From: Octopus sinensis
Lineage: Eukaryota
DNA length: 64,000 nucleotides
NCBI RefSeq assembly: GCF_006345805.1
Contig: NC_043004.1
Coordinates: forward strand, 1,922,001 to 1,986,000
Direction of reading: 5' to 3'
Every line of letters begins with the position of its first letter. Positions within the stretch are counted from its first letter, which is position 1. Positions 39,471-55,404 of the stretch are shown here, in pieces. The notes beneath the pieces are model-generated. The model was given only the letters and a program-made list of their open reading frames with translations. It made no database searches and was not told the origin of the DNA. Both the position numbers and the translations under genes were made by a program.

Positions 39471-40229
39471 AGAGTATCAAAAATAAATAAGCAAACAAAT
39501 ATTTGAATAAATAAAATGAGGTACTACAAATTACAATCAGACGCTAGGTAAATAGAACCAGAAGAGTCTGGGGAGTGAATGGATCGACTCTCAGCAAGTG
39601 CCTTTACGGTGAAAAGTACGGAGGAGAGATAGCAACTGTCATGTTACTTCAACTTTCTCTTTTTTACATATGCATTAAAAAGATCTATCAGGTATGACCC
39701 AAAGAGGAAACCTTTACCTGGTCACTTGATCTGCTAGAAAATGCAGCGAATCTTTCTCAAATTACGGACAACCTATTTACAACAGAAATTATATATTAGG
39801 TGATGTGAACCTGGGCGTACGCTATATAAAAATATTAAAAAAAGCTGGACGGTTATGACCGGAACACCTTACACCTTTCAGGACTGAACGTTGTTTAAAT
39901 GACATCAGATAATCTCATATTTTTCCTAATTAAGAAGCAATTACAAAAATAGTACATTAGAACTTTCTTGCATCTATTCCAGCTTAGCCAAAATCTTTCC
40001 TCGCTAGTTTAAGTAATCAATGAAATACACAGAAATAAACTCGGAATCAGAATTGCTGTCATTCGCTTTGATAGAATGAGATTCTTATTTTCGTATTTAC
40101 ATATTTTACTATAAAGTGTGTCGACATTAAATTGTGGTGTATTTTGTGTATAATTTAATAGGAAACTTTTAAATTATCTTTACCTACAGCAATCTGCTGG
40201 TTTTTTTCCTTTGTATTAAAATATGCTTG

Positions 40230-40270
<41 letters not shown>

Positions 40271-41099
40271 ATATATATATATAATATTTGTATGTATATT
40301 TACATGCATACAGATGTACGTACATACTTACAATTATGTATAACGTATTATTCAATATTGCTACATACCTCATTTTCACATTTTCACACTGGCAACAAGA
40401 AATAATTCTTTAAAGTAAGAAAAATCAGGAAAACAAAGAAAAAAATACCAAGAAAATAAGGTTCTAAATTCTCTCGATACAAATCATTTCAGCGATATGC
40501 AAATATTTGCAGATCAATACTCCGATTTCCGAATGTAAATCTCTTCTAATATGTTATAGAAATCAGTCCTTTTTTTCTTCTGTTCTTTCTCCTATTTTTG
40601 ATAATAGCATGATTTTTATAAACGATCACCGTCGCTCTGTATGTAGCTACTGTTCAGTGGGAGGTCATTTTCCAATATCTGCCAAGTATTGTTCACACAG
40701 GACATACATGCTATCTCTATTGTCAGTAACTAACTATATGCTAACAAGCTTCACCCGATATTGATAAAACCGCTTATTCACTCAGCAGGACTCTTTCACA
40801 AGGTATAAACTCCCAGGTTCCGAACCATTGCTGTTGATCAATCCGTAAAAATGACAAAAAAATCTTAATACGCATAGTTTGCATCTCTTCATTTATTCTA
40901 CCTCACATCTAGCATGATAGGCAAAGCAAGTTCAGTGTTTCTTTATTTTCTATTTTTTAAATAATATCATTAACAACTCAAATATTTTTTCCTTTCTCCC
41001 CCTAATAATTCTAGAAGCAGTATCTTTCGATTAGGTTCAGTGCCCGCTGTTTTGAATCTATTGGTCTATTGCAATTGTTTCTCTCTTTCTCTCTCTCAC

Positions 41100-41174
<75 letters not shown>

Positions 41175-42197
41175 CATATAAATCTTTAAATGTTGTCTTA
41201 CCATTTTTATCAATATATATATATACATATATAGATGTGTATATATATATTTACACACACACACACACATACACACACATACATATATGTATGTATGTGT
41301 GTGTGAGTGTAAATATGTATGTATTTAAATATGCCTGAATATACAATGGCGAGAACAAATACAAAGAAAAAACTTCAATTTTGTTGTTAAATAATTTGAA
41401 GGACTGTCATATCACAAATTTTAGTCGATTTGGTAATATTTCAATCTATGAAATCTCGTGTAAATGACAGTTTTACTATTTAACACATTTATATTAAAAT
41501 TAAAGCAGGGTCATAGAGTTCATTAACAATTGCAGCGTTCCTAGACTGATGGAGTAAAAAGTACAATGATTATCTCATTTCAATTTTAGTTACACGGAAA
41601 CTAATGTATCATTTAATATAGCTGCGAGGAAAAAGTTAATTAGTTAAAATCACCGATATTTCTAGAAGCAGATTTTGTGCTGGTTGTTGTTTATTGCATC
41701 TGTCATCATATGTTACCTTGGGAAATGTGTATCGAAGCTTTCATCACAGCTTGTACACTTCTTAGGCCAACTGTTATTAACTTCCTACTCAGTTGGTGTG
41801 CTGACAGAAATAAACGCGAGTCCTGCAACATTTAATGCTGCCCGACTCAGTTCGAATCTCGCAGGACTAAACAGAATGTTTTATCATTGCCAGATCAATT
41901 CAATTGCTTCCAGTAATATACTGTAGTTAATGCTTTCTCCTTCAATTCCACCAACAATTTATGGTGTGGTCACTTATTAAAATCAACATAGTTGTTAGCA
42001 GTTGATATGGGAAGAGGTGAAATTTGACTGTTATTTTTAGCGTGTTGATTGACCCCACACATACTCTCTCGACGATTCGGTTTTATTATAATAGATCTTC
42101 TGTTGGTTTCGGTTATGAATATTCAGATATTCAATCAATTGTAGATTTAAATTGCCAAACGAACAGCTTAATCATTCATCCATAGTGGAACTCTCTA

Positions 42198-42237
<40 letters not shown>

Positions 42238-42306
42238 GTTTGTCTGTCTCTCTGTCTGTCTGTCTGTCTGTCTATCGATATATATCTATCTATGTATGTA
42301 TCTATT

Positions 42307-43767
<1,461 letters not shown>

Positions 43768-43817
43768 GGATGTGTGTGCGCGTGCGTATGTCTGTATGTG
43801 TGTATGTGTGTGTATGC

Positions 43818-43856
<39 letters not shown>

Positions 43857-44659
43857 GTAAATAAATTGTTGTAATCCGTCCCAAATACTCTACGATATTT
43901 AAACTCTCTAATTTCAGTTTAAATTCTAAATCAATTTGCACAATGCGTAAAGAAATTAATTTTGCTTCATAGAAATCGATCTCGTTGATCTTAAATATCC
44001 GCACAAGAAATTGTATTTTCATTAATACCTATCTGAGGAAAATATCTCCAATTAATCACAAATCGCTTAAACTGTATTTGTCAGTAATCGAGAATAGATT
44101 AAAATTAATATTTAGGATTAATCTGGACGTGTTTCTCATTGAGATTACAATCAAAATCATCAGAAACATTTGAGATTATAAGAGGATGCGCTATTTTTTA
44201 ATATATACCTATCAGCAGCAACAGTATGTAGAATCCAGCATTTCAGATCAGAATCAGTAGATGCAAGAACATTCGTGAGTTTTGCAGAAGACCAACTGAA
44301 GTGTCGTAGGTTCGTACATCATGAAATGCAATTTGTTTTTCTTATTCACAAAACATAATCCCTTAATAAATCCTGTTACTGCAAGCAACATCAAATTCTA
44401 CTTTTAAAAACTGGATAGGAATCTGATATGAAAAGGAGAATGTTGTGTATTCTTGGAATGAGTTTGCACGAACAAGAATGCTTTGTGGATAAACAATCCC
44501 ACGTTGACACTAAAATGAGTCTCCATGTTGGACCGCTGAAATCTTCGAGTTTTCTTTTTTTTTCTCTCTCAATTTCCTCTTATTCCTTTCTGTTGAAGAG
44601 CATAGGTTCGAAATGTAAAAGACCTTCTCGTGTTTCAGAGCGTCAAACTAATACACTTG

Positions 44660-45018
44660 CTTCTTGTTACACTGGTACTTATTTTATCGACCCCGAAAGG
44701 ATGAAAGGCAAAGTCGACTCTGGTAGAATTTGAACGCACAATGTAAAGACGGGCTAAGTAATTTTCCTGGCGTTCTAGCGTTTCTTATTTCTTTATTGCC
44801 CACAAGGGGCTAAACATGGAGGGGACAAACAAGGAGAGACAAATAAATTAAGTCGATTACATCGACCCCAATGTGTAACTGGTACTTAATTTATCGTCCA
44901 CGAAAGAATGAAAGACAAAGTCAACCTCGGCGGAATTTGAACTCAGAACATAACGGCAGACGAAATACCACTAAGTAGTTCGCCCAGTGTGCTAACGTTT
45001 CTGCCAGCTCGCCGCCTT
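44660..45018 (-). mobile_element. SINE family B (dimeric)
   Basis: Reverse complement of the 7771-8166 structure, with two copies of the central domain. Confidence 0.9.
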
Positions 45019-46452
45019 CATGTATAAGAAATATTAATAAAGATAATTAAAAGTATCAATAATAAATATAATTACGGAGCATCCAGCAAATACTGACTGG
45101 AGAACTTATCCCGGTGAAAGAAAATTACAACATAAATGTTCGCCTGCTCGCGCATGTCTTCAAACAGGAAATGGAAAAGACCATCATGCTTTCATCAGAA
45201 ATTAACACTTTCTATATTAGTCCTGTGTTTATATCTTTAGAGGATCAAAAAGCGATAGCTTGTTCATGGTTTTTACAGAGAATCAGCTTGAGAATTGTGT
45301 GGGTTAATATTTTTTCTGAAAATGTAGCATATCCATCGTAAACAGAAATAGCCACGAAAATATTTGGAAAGCTTATATCGTTCAAATAGTCGATGACGTT
45401 CAAATAGTCGAAGAACGTGATGGTTTTTCTCAATTGGAGAGCTTTAGGTCTGTCCGTTCTTATACATAGAAAGTGAATAACAATTTTAATGGACTTCACA
45501 GCTTTGAAATTCTTCTTCATTTTTTAAATATTTATAAATAATTAATGGCAATATAAAGCTGAGATTGATTTTGATTTGAGTCAGGTCAGTTTCAAGCTTT
45601 TCATCAACTTTACATGTTAGAACTCAAAACCTAGTTGTTTATGTTTAGTTCCACGAGAGAGACTTTTTATTATTTTAACCGTGATCATTTCATCTTATTT
45701 ACATAGAAATACATGATCAAATTTATCCTTTGCTATTAAGACGACAGGCTGTGAGTTGAGAGAGCTTTGGCTGCGATTGTCAAGTTGAGCAACTACGTAG
45801 TGACTCGTAGGCTGAATCATTAGAAGCTAGTTTTTACCATTATTTTGTGGAAGAGACCGTATACGCAATGAAGAAAGACTAGGTACATCAGTGTATTGTT
45901 TGCCATTCCATTCTGACATTGTGGTAAGAAGGCATTTTTAGCTTATTATTCCATAACTATTCATACTTACAGATTAGCTTTCGTGTTGCTGTATTACGAG
46001 TGTGCATGTTTTTGTACGGTCAAGAGTAAACAGCCTGTTTCATGTCCATGTTTTGATCATTAATGAAAAAGGAACGTACAGCATAACGATGGCAGAACAC
46101 ACCGTATTAATTATGTATATGACCCGCCGGCATGAACTTCGCCTTTCATCTTTTCAAGATCGATAGAATAAAGTACCAATCAAGTACGGGCTCAATGTAT
46201 TTGACATGCCCCTCGCTCAAAACTGTTGGTCTTCTGTTAAAATTGAAAAGTATTACGGGCATGATCTAATAATATTTTGTTAGGAATTTATTTAGGCACC
46301 TTGGAAGGTAAGTGGTGAAGGTAAGCGAATAGGAAATACTGTGATAATTAAATGTAAATATATTTGTAGGTGTGAATGTACACTAGTTAGTACGTACACT
46401 CGAGCATGCATTCATACGTGGATACGTCACAGACATACACACACGCACACAG

Positions 46453-46494
<42 letters not shown>

Positions 46495-47212
46495 TAAGAG
46501 AAAAAATCTATCAGAAAGGAACTCTATCTCTCTTAAAAAAATATCTTTTGATAAGCATAACAAATGCGCAACCGGTAAAAGGAACTTTCACCTAATTAAA
46601 TAATTAAATACACTCTCCCTTACTTAAATTATTTTCTTCATTTCCTTTTTTTATATATCACAACTCGTGTTCCACATCTCCTTTTTTAAATATATATATA
46701 TATATATATATATATACATGCATGCAGTATATTCATACACACAGAGATACAATGCAGACATACATACGTGAGTACATAAACACAATCTGATTCACTGGTC
46801 CATCGAGGATATCCAAGATTGCATTTCATACATCCGAACCTTCAACACATTGACCTATCCTGGATGTCTTTAAGTAATATTCAATAAGAATCTGTGTGCT
46901 TCTGTTACAACAAGACTGAACTTTGGTTTACAGGGATTCTATTTTGCCACGTTTACTGACAAACCTTGGGTCGATCCGAGGTTATGGATAAAACACCAGC
47001 TCAAGTTTCCATTATATGAATCAAATTTGAAATCTAATAATTATGAAGCGAACTTTGTGGAAACGAATACCAATGTTTGCATACGTCAGGCTTGATAATT
47101 ACTGAGAAATTTCAACAGTAAGAAAGCATCGGTAGCTTTCGTAACCCACAAATAAAGAATATTTATCCATCAATGCTGTATTGAGCACTCATTCTCACTG
47201 CCCGATATTAGG

Positions 47213-47253
<41 letters not shown>

Positions 47254-48959
47254 ACACACACACACGCATACACACACACACACACAGATATGTATATGTA
47301 TTTGTGTATGTATGTTCGTGCCTGTTAGGACTTTATAACTGCAGTTTACGTTGCGACATTAAAATTTTCAATACATAAGCTGCCCACTGCGTCCGGTGAA
47401 ATGAAGTTTATTTGAAACCTGCTTCATACTAAATGATATGTAATGTAGAGGATACGGTTCAAGAATTCCCAGCACAGATTCAGAGAGAAATACAATGGTA
47501 GTCATGGCACAAGACCATCTTAACGTTAAGTTCATCGTCTCTTGACAGTTAGATGAATAATTAGCAGGTCTATTCCCAGAGAGTTTTGAACTCAGAAGAC
47601 AATATCTGCGGGAAACTAAAGGTGATATACATTAATATGACACTCTCCGTTGATCACGATGCTCTAAAATTTTATACTTTACGCGTTGAATAAATCTCAA
47701 ATCACAGTTAACTTGTCTTTCTTAAGGGAATTTCTTAGCAGAGAAACTGAGATGATCTCAACTGAGAATTGAAACAGCGTCAAGTATTTGTTTTGCCGTG
47801 GGCTTGCATCTTTTTCTTTGAGTTTTCTACTATAGAACGATGGGTTATTGCATGTAACACAGTCTTCCACAACACGAATGAAGAAATTTATCAAACAATA
47901 ACTGTTTGGCTTCATCATCTGCAATGATAATTGACAGAATTCTAATTAACCAACATTTTCACTTTGTTTTCATCTCTTTTAATATTTCCTTCTCTCGTGA
48001 CATTATCCTTTATGTCTAACATCTTATTATTCGTCCATGAAATAGAAATAGTTAAGATGCATGTTTCATCTCATTTTATGTTCTTTAATGACAATAATAT
48101 AACTTTTCTTTTATTTTATGCATTGTTATATCGTTACTGCTAACGCTGAATGTTGCCATTTCAAATGTTTTATGCGTACACCAGAATATGTACATCTGCT
48201 GACCAACAATTATTATATTACCGTGAATATCTATCGAAATACTATTAATGTTTCGCCCAGCATATATTCGTCTTAATGGTATCAGCTAATGGTATGACGA
48301 TTTAATAGTTGCAATTGGTCAGTTCACATATTGTTGAAATCTTCCTTTCAATCGATTTCAATAAACTTATCAGTGAAACACTAAAAAAGTTTTGCGTTGC
48401 TACTACTTCCATATCTCTTTATCCAGAAAAAACGAGAAACAATATCGTAAATATATTCGAATGTACGGAATTCTTAATCCTAGACATGATCGTGATACTG
48501 CTAGAGACAAGGGTCAGTCTGAATTCGGGTACATTGACAAACATTTCAGGCAGGTGTTAAAGCTTGTTCCATGGGTCATCCAAATTCGATCATACTTTCT
48601 CGTTGCACAACTATAAAGTAAGTTTGGCTCACAGATACCGTTAGTGGATTTTCCCAATATTTCACTTCGTTAGAATATTCGGAAAGCCATTCCAATAGGC
48701 CAATGAACAATGTTCATTAAACAGTTCTACAAAGTGTGATGTTGGTCTCTAACGTCCCACTTTGCATCATAAAACCTAGTCTCCCTGTCATTGTGTAGAT
48801 CAAAACTCCGACTAGTTCTAATACAGAGATCTTGTGGTTCTTCTCATCATTTTTGAAACAAAACTCCCAATGTTATTGTTATTGTTGTTATCTAATCCAA
48901 TCGTAATTGAACTCTCATGAATTCACAATATTCTGGCTATGACATTCCGGTATGTTAGT

Positions 48960-49156
48960 ATTTCTTTTTACTCTAGACACAAGGCCTGAAATTTTGTGGT
49001 GAGGGGACTAATCTATTACATCGGTCCCAGTGTTTCACTGGAACTTAATTTATCGACCCCGAAACGAAGAAGGGCAACGTCGACCTCGGTGGAATTTCAA
49101 CTCAGACCGTAAAGACGGACGAAATGCCGGGGTGCTAAAAATTCTGCCAGCTCGCA

Positions 49157-49157
<1 letters not shown>
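48960..49157 (-). mobile_element. SINE family B
   Basis: atcgaccccgaaacgaagaagggcaacgtcgacctcggtggaatttcaactcaga..ctgccagctcgc. Confidence 0.88.
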
Positions 49158-49205
<48 letters not shown>

Positions 49206-49239
49206 TAACAACAACAATAACAACAGCAACCACAACAAT

Positions 49240-49365
49240 CACTGCTTGGAACCGCTCGAATACTCCGAAAGGTGCTCGAAAAATAAGAGGTGTTACCTTA
49301 GTTCACTGGTAGTGAACAGCTGACACCGTAGTACATCTCCAGCGTTAGAAGCTGTACAAAAGCAA
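49240..49365 (+). mobile_element. R4/Dong-clade 3' end between (AAT/AAC)n and (GAA)n
   Basis: ctg ctt gga acc gct cga ata ctc cga aag gtg ctc gaa aaa taa = LLGTARILRKVLEK*. Confidence 0.85.
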
Positions 49366-49464
49366 GAAGAAGAAGAAGAAGAAGAAGAAGAAGAAGAAGA
49401 AGAAGAAGAAGAAGAATTATTTCTACTAAAGGCACAAGGAACAGTGATAGCTTGCTCGAAGTAA

Positions 49465-49830
49465 GACATATAAGATGATTTGCAAGAAGACAATCCGGGA
49501 CCAGCTGGAGATGAAGGTTACTGGATGAAAAGATTTGGTGAATGTCATGCACGAATAGCTGCACTATTCAACACCCTTTTAAATGCCGACCAAGTAACAT
49601 GAGAGTGGTTGACAATGAGTAGGACAGTGCTGTGCTTGAAAAACATCGAAAAAGGTAATACGGTAGATAATTGCAAGCCGATATCCTCGCTAGCCACTTA
49701 TGTGGAAATTATTGACTGGAATTGTCGCAGAGTCAATGTACTGACATCTGGAAAAAAATGGAGTCCTACAACATGAGCAGGAGGTTTGCAAGTGTAAGTG
49801 CTGAAGTACCAAGGATCAACACCTAGTAGA
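49465..49830 (+). mobile_element. R4/Dong-clade RT fragment
   Basis: [48 protein letters not shown] and TKDQHLVDK, with stops and a frameshift. Confidence 0.85.
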
Positions 49831-49879
49831 CAAATCTAGAAGATTGGTTCTTCTTCCCCCTTTTTTTTCGTACTGAGCC

Positions 49880-50470
49880 TAGATCTACTAGTGCAAACGT
49901 TTCGGATTTAGAAAGGCATAACTCTAGAATTAGCAAAGCAGGCTTGAGTTTGTAAATGCAATGTCATCGTAATAGTGTCAGATATCAAACGCATAGAAGT
50001 TCTTCGGCTTTCCGTGGAGAAGACGTATTCCTGCTTGTCATGCGGTTTATTCGCTATCAACACCCGATGCCAAAAGGGCTGGACATCCTGCAGTTCATAA
50101 TGCGCAAACATGCACAGAGGTTACGACACCTCTGGTGTTTCTTTGACGGTGAGGTGTCGTTGCCCTTTGTCTGACGCGGTTTTCAGCGCATAGCGTAATA
50201 CTAGACATGTCTGCTGTTACAACTAACAATGAAAATGAAGACAAATTTTGAGTTATGGGAAAGTTATGAACAGCAGCAGCAGCCGTTCAAGAGTTTGGAC
50301 CTGGAGATCTCCATTTTCAGCGACTTCGAGGGCCACCTCCCAGTGGTGTCGGGCGTCAACGAAGAACCCTCGACTACAACAAGATGACAAAAGTTTTTTT
50401 TTCCACGGTCTGGGGTCTCCCACCCCTAAGCCCTCGACCATCACCTAATCGCCCTTACCCGCTCGTTGCT
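49880..50470 (+). pseudogene. Unidentified GC-rich, coding-like island
   Basis: Two ORFs in one frame (49956-50174 and 50229-50387) are separated by three stops. GC at third codon positions is high. Confidence 0.35.
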
Positions 50471-50486
50471 TGACAACAACAACAAT

Positions 50487-50563
<77 letters not shown>

Positions 50564-52424
50564 CGGTAGTGGTAGTAGGAGAAAATTTTAAATGATGATA
50601 GAGAAGAAAAAAATCAAGTGGAATACGTTGGTGAAGATGTCTGGTGAAAGGAGAATGTGGAACAATGATAATGGCACTGAAGACGGAAATGGTAAATGAT
50701 ACAAATGTAATAAGAGAAAATATACATGAATTGATGGGGAAAGATTGAGGAGAAGGGAAAGAACGAGTACTTTTTATTTTCAATTGAGATAAAAAAAAAA
50801 CTGAACTGAAAAATGAAGGTGTAGAATTAGCTTATCCATTGGTTTTAGTTTTCATAATTTTGTTTATTTTTGTTAGTTATTAAGGGCTTCCTTGAGCAAT
50901 TTATTCCAGCCAGCTTCCGGGTGACATGATGATAAATTAGTCTTCTAATTCCGAAAAGTACAAATATCATAGCGGATATTATTAATCTTCAGCTCTTCTA
51001 ACTCCTGTTGGATTAATTAATAGGTCTCAGTTGTTGACTTAATTTCGTTGCTCTTTAGACATGCTAATTACAGTTGCTATTGCCTAAAGAAACCAAATAA
51101 TGAACATAGTACTCGTGTTACTTACTTCTTATCCGCTGATGCGAAACCGATGTCAGAATAATCAGATATCTTTTTTACAAATCAACTTTAATTTGATCGA
51201 TTTCAGTGTTTGGGCCACGGCAAGCCTGACTGATCAGTCCACCTTGTAGCCTTATTATTTCTTACTTCAGTTGTTTTTTCTTTTTAAATATATTTGTTAT
51301 TACTTTCAGTATTATAATTTTCTTTCAGATTTTCTTGTTTCCTAACAAAAACCCACTGTTGTGAGCTTTCCCTTCTGAAGCATTCTTAGATTTAATTTTA
51401 TTCTATTCTTCGTCTCATTTTCTCTTAGAAAATATTCCCTTACAATATTCCACTATACTTTCCTTCTTTAGTCTCTCCTTCATCTTCTTTCATTCTGTCT
51501 CTATGTATATATCTCTAGAACTTTCTCATTATAACAAGTCCTCTAGAGTTTTCTCCTTCATTCTCCTTTTTCTTCGTCACGTAATGAACTCTCGTTTTCT
51601 CTCTTCCTGTTTCTTTATCTTTATTTGTTTGTCTGTCTATCTATCTGTCTATCTGTCTTTCTGTTTGTCTGTCGGTCAGCCAGTCACTATCTCTTCCCCC
51701 TCTCTCTCCCTCTCTATGTCTCTTTCTCCTCCTTTCTCACTAATTTCTCTTTATATTCTTTTTCTCTGTAGTCATTCTTTACTTCTTTTTGGCGTTGATA
51801 ACTTATCTAAAATAAGACTTCAGCCAAATCTAAACCTAAATTGTCAAACTGCTATGATTTCTGTCACGTTACTAGGGCAAATTCATTTAGCAAGCCCAGC
51901 GGCATTATTGCTCAAACTAGGAATGACGCCTCCTGATTCAGAATCTCACCATTTGAGGCCAGCGATAAATGCTTGGAATACTAAATATATGAGCCACATT
52001 TGTTCGTCTACCGGGATTAGCAGTTCACGTTTCGCTTTCATTCAGAGCAAAGCATTCGAAATGGAATTCCAAACAATGAACAGGTACCTTCGGCGGCTGA
52101 ATTTTGCGTAGGCAGATATAAATGAAATGAGCTTCGAGTTACTTAATTGGCTAACATTTAGCAGTCACCATTCCCAAATGAATGTGACAAATTCGAAATG
52201 GATATCAGAATGAATTTTCCATTGTTATTTTCCTGTGAAATTTTAGCATCAGAACAATTTGATATATAAACTTTCACTGGATAAGAGAACCATCAGAAGC
52301 ACAAGGTTTACTTATTCTTGACCAAACTTCATTATTTTTTTATATTTTACCATAAAACATTATTGGAAAGAGATTTTAGACAACAGGACATAAAATAATG
52401 TAACTTGAATTTTAGGGCTATCCT

Positions 52425-52655
52425 GCAGGCGGCGAGTTAGCAGAATCGTTAACAGGCCGGGCAAAAATGCTTAGTGGCATTTCGTCCGTCTTTACGTTCT
52501 GAGTTCAAATTCCAGCAAGGTTAATTTTTTTTATTTCATCCTTTCGGGGTCGATAAAATAAGTACCAGTGATACATTGGAGTCGATACAATCGACTTACC
52601 TCCCTTCCATGAGCTTGCTGGTCTTGTGCTAAAATTTGAAACCAATGTTATAACG
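52425..52655 (+). mobile_element. SINE family B
   Basis: ggcggcgagttagcagaatcgtt..gttctgagttcaaattcc..tcatcctttcggggtcgataaaataagtaccag. Confidence 0.9.
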
Positions 52656-53929
52656 ATTCTTTTTTACCCGTTTCTCTATCAGATGATATTTTTAGCGAGG
52701 ATAAGAAGTGCAAACTGTCTCAGAGAAATCGACTTGTAGTCGTTGATAATCTAACAGTAATCCAAACCAACTTAATTGGAGGTTATTGGTGGTTTGCATT
52801 CTATTAGCATGATGGCATGAAAAATTAATTTCTCTGCATCAATGTTGATATTAAATGGAATATAAATACGATGTGGTTGTAAACTCAATTAATGGTAAAT
52901 ATTGACCATCTTCTAGGAGTGAAATTTTTGAAAGGGATAACCAAGCGATGCGAGTTCGGGTTTCACTTAAAATAACTAAATTTGTTTTTTCATTGATTGG
53001 CTTCTTAATTCCAGTTCCCCTTGCTTACATTCAAAGTAAAGAAATGCAGCAAAGGAGATAATATATAGATTGGAAAGATATATGCTAGTGTAATATGCAG
53101 CTGATGCGGCGTAATGGAACACTACTAACAAATCTGCCTGATACATAATTAAATTAAGAATATTCTCAAATATCGTTTTATCTGTTTAGGTTACAGTTAC
53201 AAGTCTGTAATGTGATGGTATCAATTTACCTAATTAATACTATGGTAAGGTAAAGTTTATGGAAACTAGTTCTGCTGAATCGTTTCTAATTTTGCAAACC
53301 AAATCAAGTAGCGGCAGAAGATTGACTTTCATTGGTGACAGTTTAGTATGATTGTTACTGAGGTTGGCTGATGTATTTCTGTGTCTCAAGGGAGATAAAT
53401 TAGTGTTTTGCCAGAAATAAATGACCTTATGCTTCTTGTCTCTCGAGTAAAAATTAAGTTTTCGTCAGTGAAAAGTTTCCATGCTTAAATGTCACACGAT
53501 TTCGAATTATCAGATGATTGGTTTAAATCTGTTGACTATGGCTGTCTATGAGACACAGGAGAGAGAGTTGCTTAGTTCCATCGCTTCTAATTTGTCAATA
53601 AATCAACCTGTAAAAAGAAAAGTATCAGATATGTTTATATATCATCAAGTAATATCGAAATTTTATGATTAGAATTTTTAAAAAAATGTTATTCGAATGA
53701 TAGAGAGAGAAAGAAAGTAGATACTCTTATTCACATCATAAAAGTAACATCTTTCACATTTCTCTGTTCACTTTATTCACTCGTACACAAACAAAACAAC
53801 ACTTCCGGAAATAATACGGAAGGTCAAGATTATAAGACAAATATTACAATTGTTTCTTTTCATAAAGGCGTTAGACGAAGATGATGCCATATTCTAAGAG
53901 CTGCAAGTCTCTTTGTCAGACACTGAGAT

Positions 53930-53972
<43 letters not shown>

Positions 53973-54207
53973 TCAAGAAAAGGGAAATATGTCAAGAAAA
54001 GCACAACAACGGGAGAGCATGCTACTTGCAAAGTATTAGTAAGAGGCTCATAGAAAGAATTAAAGGGTATTTTATGTTTCGAGCAAAGCTCTTCTTCAGA
54101 AACAGGAGACAGAGGAAAGCCCAGGAGACAAGAAAGACGGAAATATATATACATATATATATGTGTATATATATATATGTGTATGTATATATGTGTATAT
54201 ATATATA

Positions 54208-54249
<42 letters not shown>

Positions 54250-54258
<9 letters not shown>

Positions 54259-55265
54259 CTGAGAATGTGTGTCTGTCTGTCTGTCTGTGTGTTTCCCCAA
54301 AACTTGAGAACTACACAAGCAATTTCATTCAAATTTTACACATGTCTTACTTAGGGTCCATGTACTTTCATGAGCCAAAAAAATATGTTCAACTTCTTGC
54401 CTAGAGCGAGCCCATAGTAATATCATATCTTCTCCACTATTTCAGTATTACGTGTTAAAAGTGAAACAAAAAAGTTTCTCTAATTTATGTCAGATACTTT
54501 CACTTTAACAATAAAAATAATAATAACAATTGAATTATATGTAGTAAGTAATAATTAAAATCAAACTAAAGTAACATGACAAAAGTAAAATTAGCAATTG
54601 GTATAAAATTGCATCAATGATTTGAACTTAAATAAGTGGTTTCACATGAATGGGAATAAATTAAAAATAAAATTTAAGTGCAGAAATGGAATAGTCCAGA
54701 TGGATAATAAAAAAATAAATTAAAGAAGAGACTATTGTGTATAAAGTATACAATGTAGAGAAAAAAGAAGATTTGAACATATGGAGGAAAGCACCTTCGA
54801 AAAGTGTCTTGGTGCGACTATGAAAGGTATCTAATCAGAGGCGATAAATTCGCCACAATAGAAGCATGGTTCGAGTCAACGGGGCGTGCAAGGGAGTACT
54901 CGACTCGAACTTGCAAAGTGGAAATATTTTATTCTTACCTTTATATCCGGGACGTAGGACGTTCCGGAAAAAAATTTTTAATGCCCCCCCCCCGAAGTAG
55001 AGGTATGCTGGATTGTAGCAACACTTCTATAGAAGAGGGAGAACAAGATACAATTGATCGAAATTACAAGAGACGGGCTAACAATTCCAGTCTGTTATAT
55101 ATTTTGAGTATTGTTATCACTAGCGATATCAAGATATAACTTTGTATTTTGTATTTTATGTGTAGACGTATATATATAGATGTACTTGTAATATGTACAC
55201 ATATATATACACATATATACATGCACTAGCACTATGACCCGGCAACGACGGGTCTTTAATGCTAG
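54250..55265 (+). mobile_element. Non-autonomous Helitron-like element
   Basis: 3' hairpin GACCCG-GCAACGA-CGGGTC (55236-55254) is followed 7 nt later by CTAG (55262-55265), in an (AT)n context. The 5' end has a (gtct)n tract and aacttgagaac..ttcattcaaatttt. Confidence 0.65.
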
Positions 55266-55404
55266 TATATATATATATATAAACATATTCAGTAAAAAAA
55301 AGAGAACTGTGTTTATACCGTATGCATGAGATTTCACAGACGTATCTAAACAAAAATTTTGCTAACACTTCATATTCCATGTTTTATGATTAGTCTACTC
55401 GTTA

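Noticed and set aside
48300-48800. Short ORFs on both strands suggesting an exon or LRR remnant
   Set aside because: No recognisable motif, no consistent splice pair and multiple stops.
50004-50030. AFRGEDV resemblance to the plant TIR motif SFRGED
   Set aside because: Match of only 5 residues, with no other TIR-domain features in register.
50148-50185. 38-nt GTGAG..CTGAC..TTTTCAG mini-intron joining the two GC-island ORFs
   Set aside because: Very short for a metazoan intron, and the spliced frame stops after about 22 codons unless an indel is also assumed.
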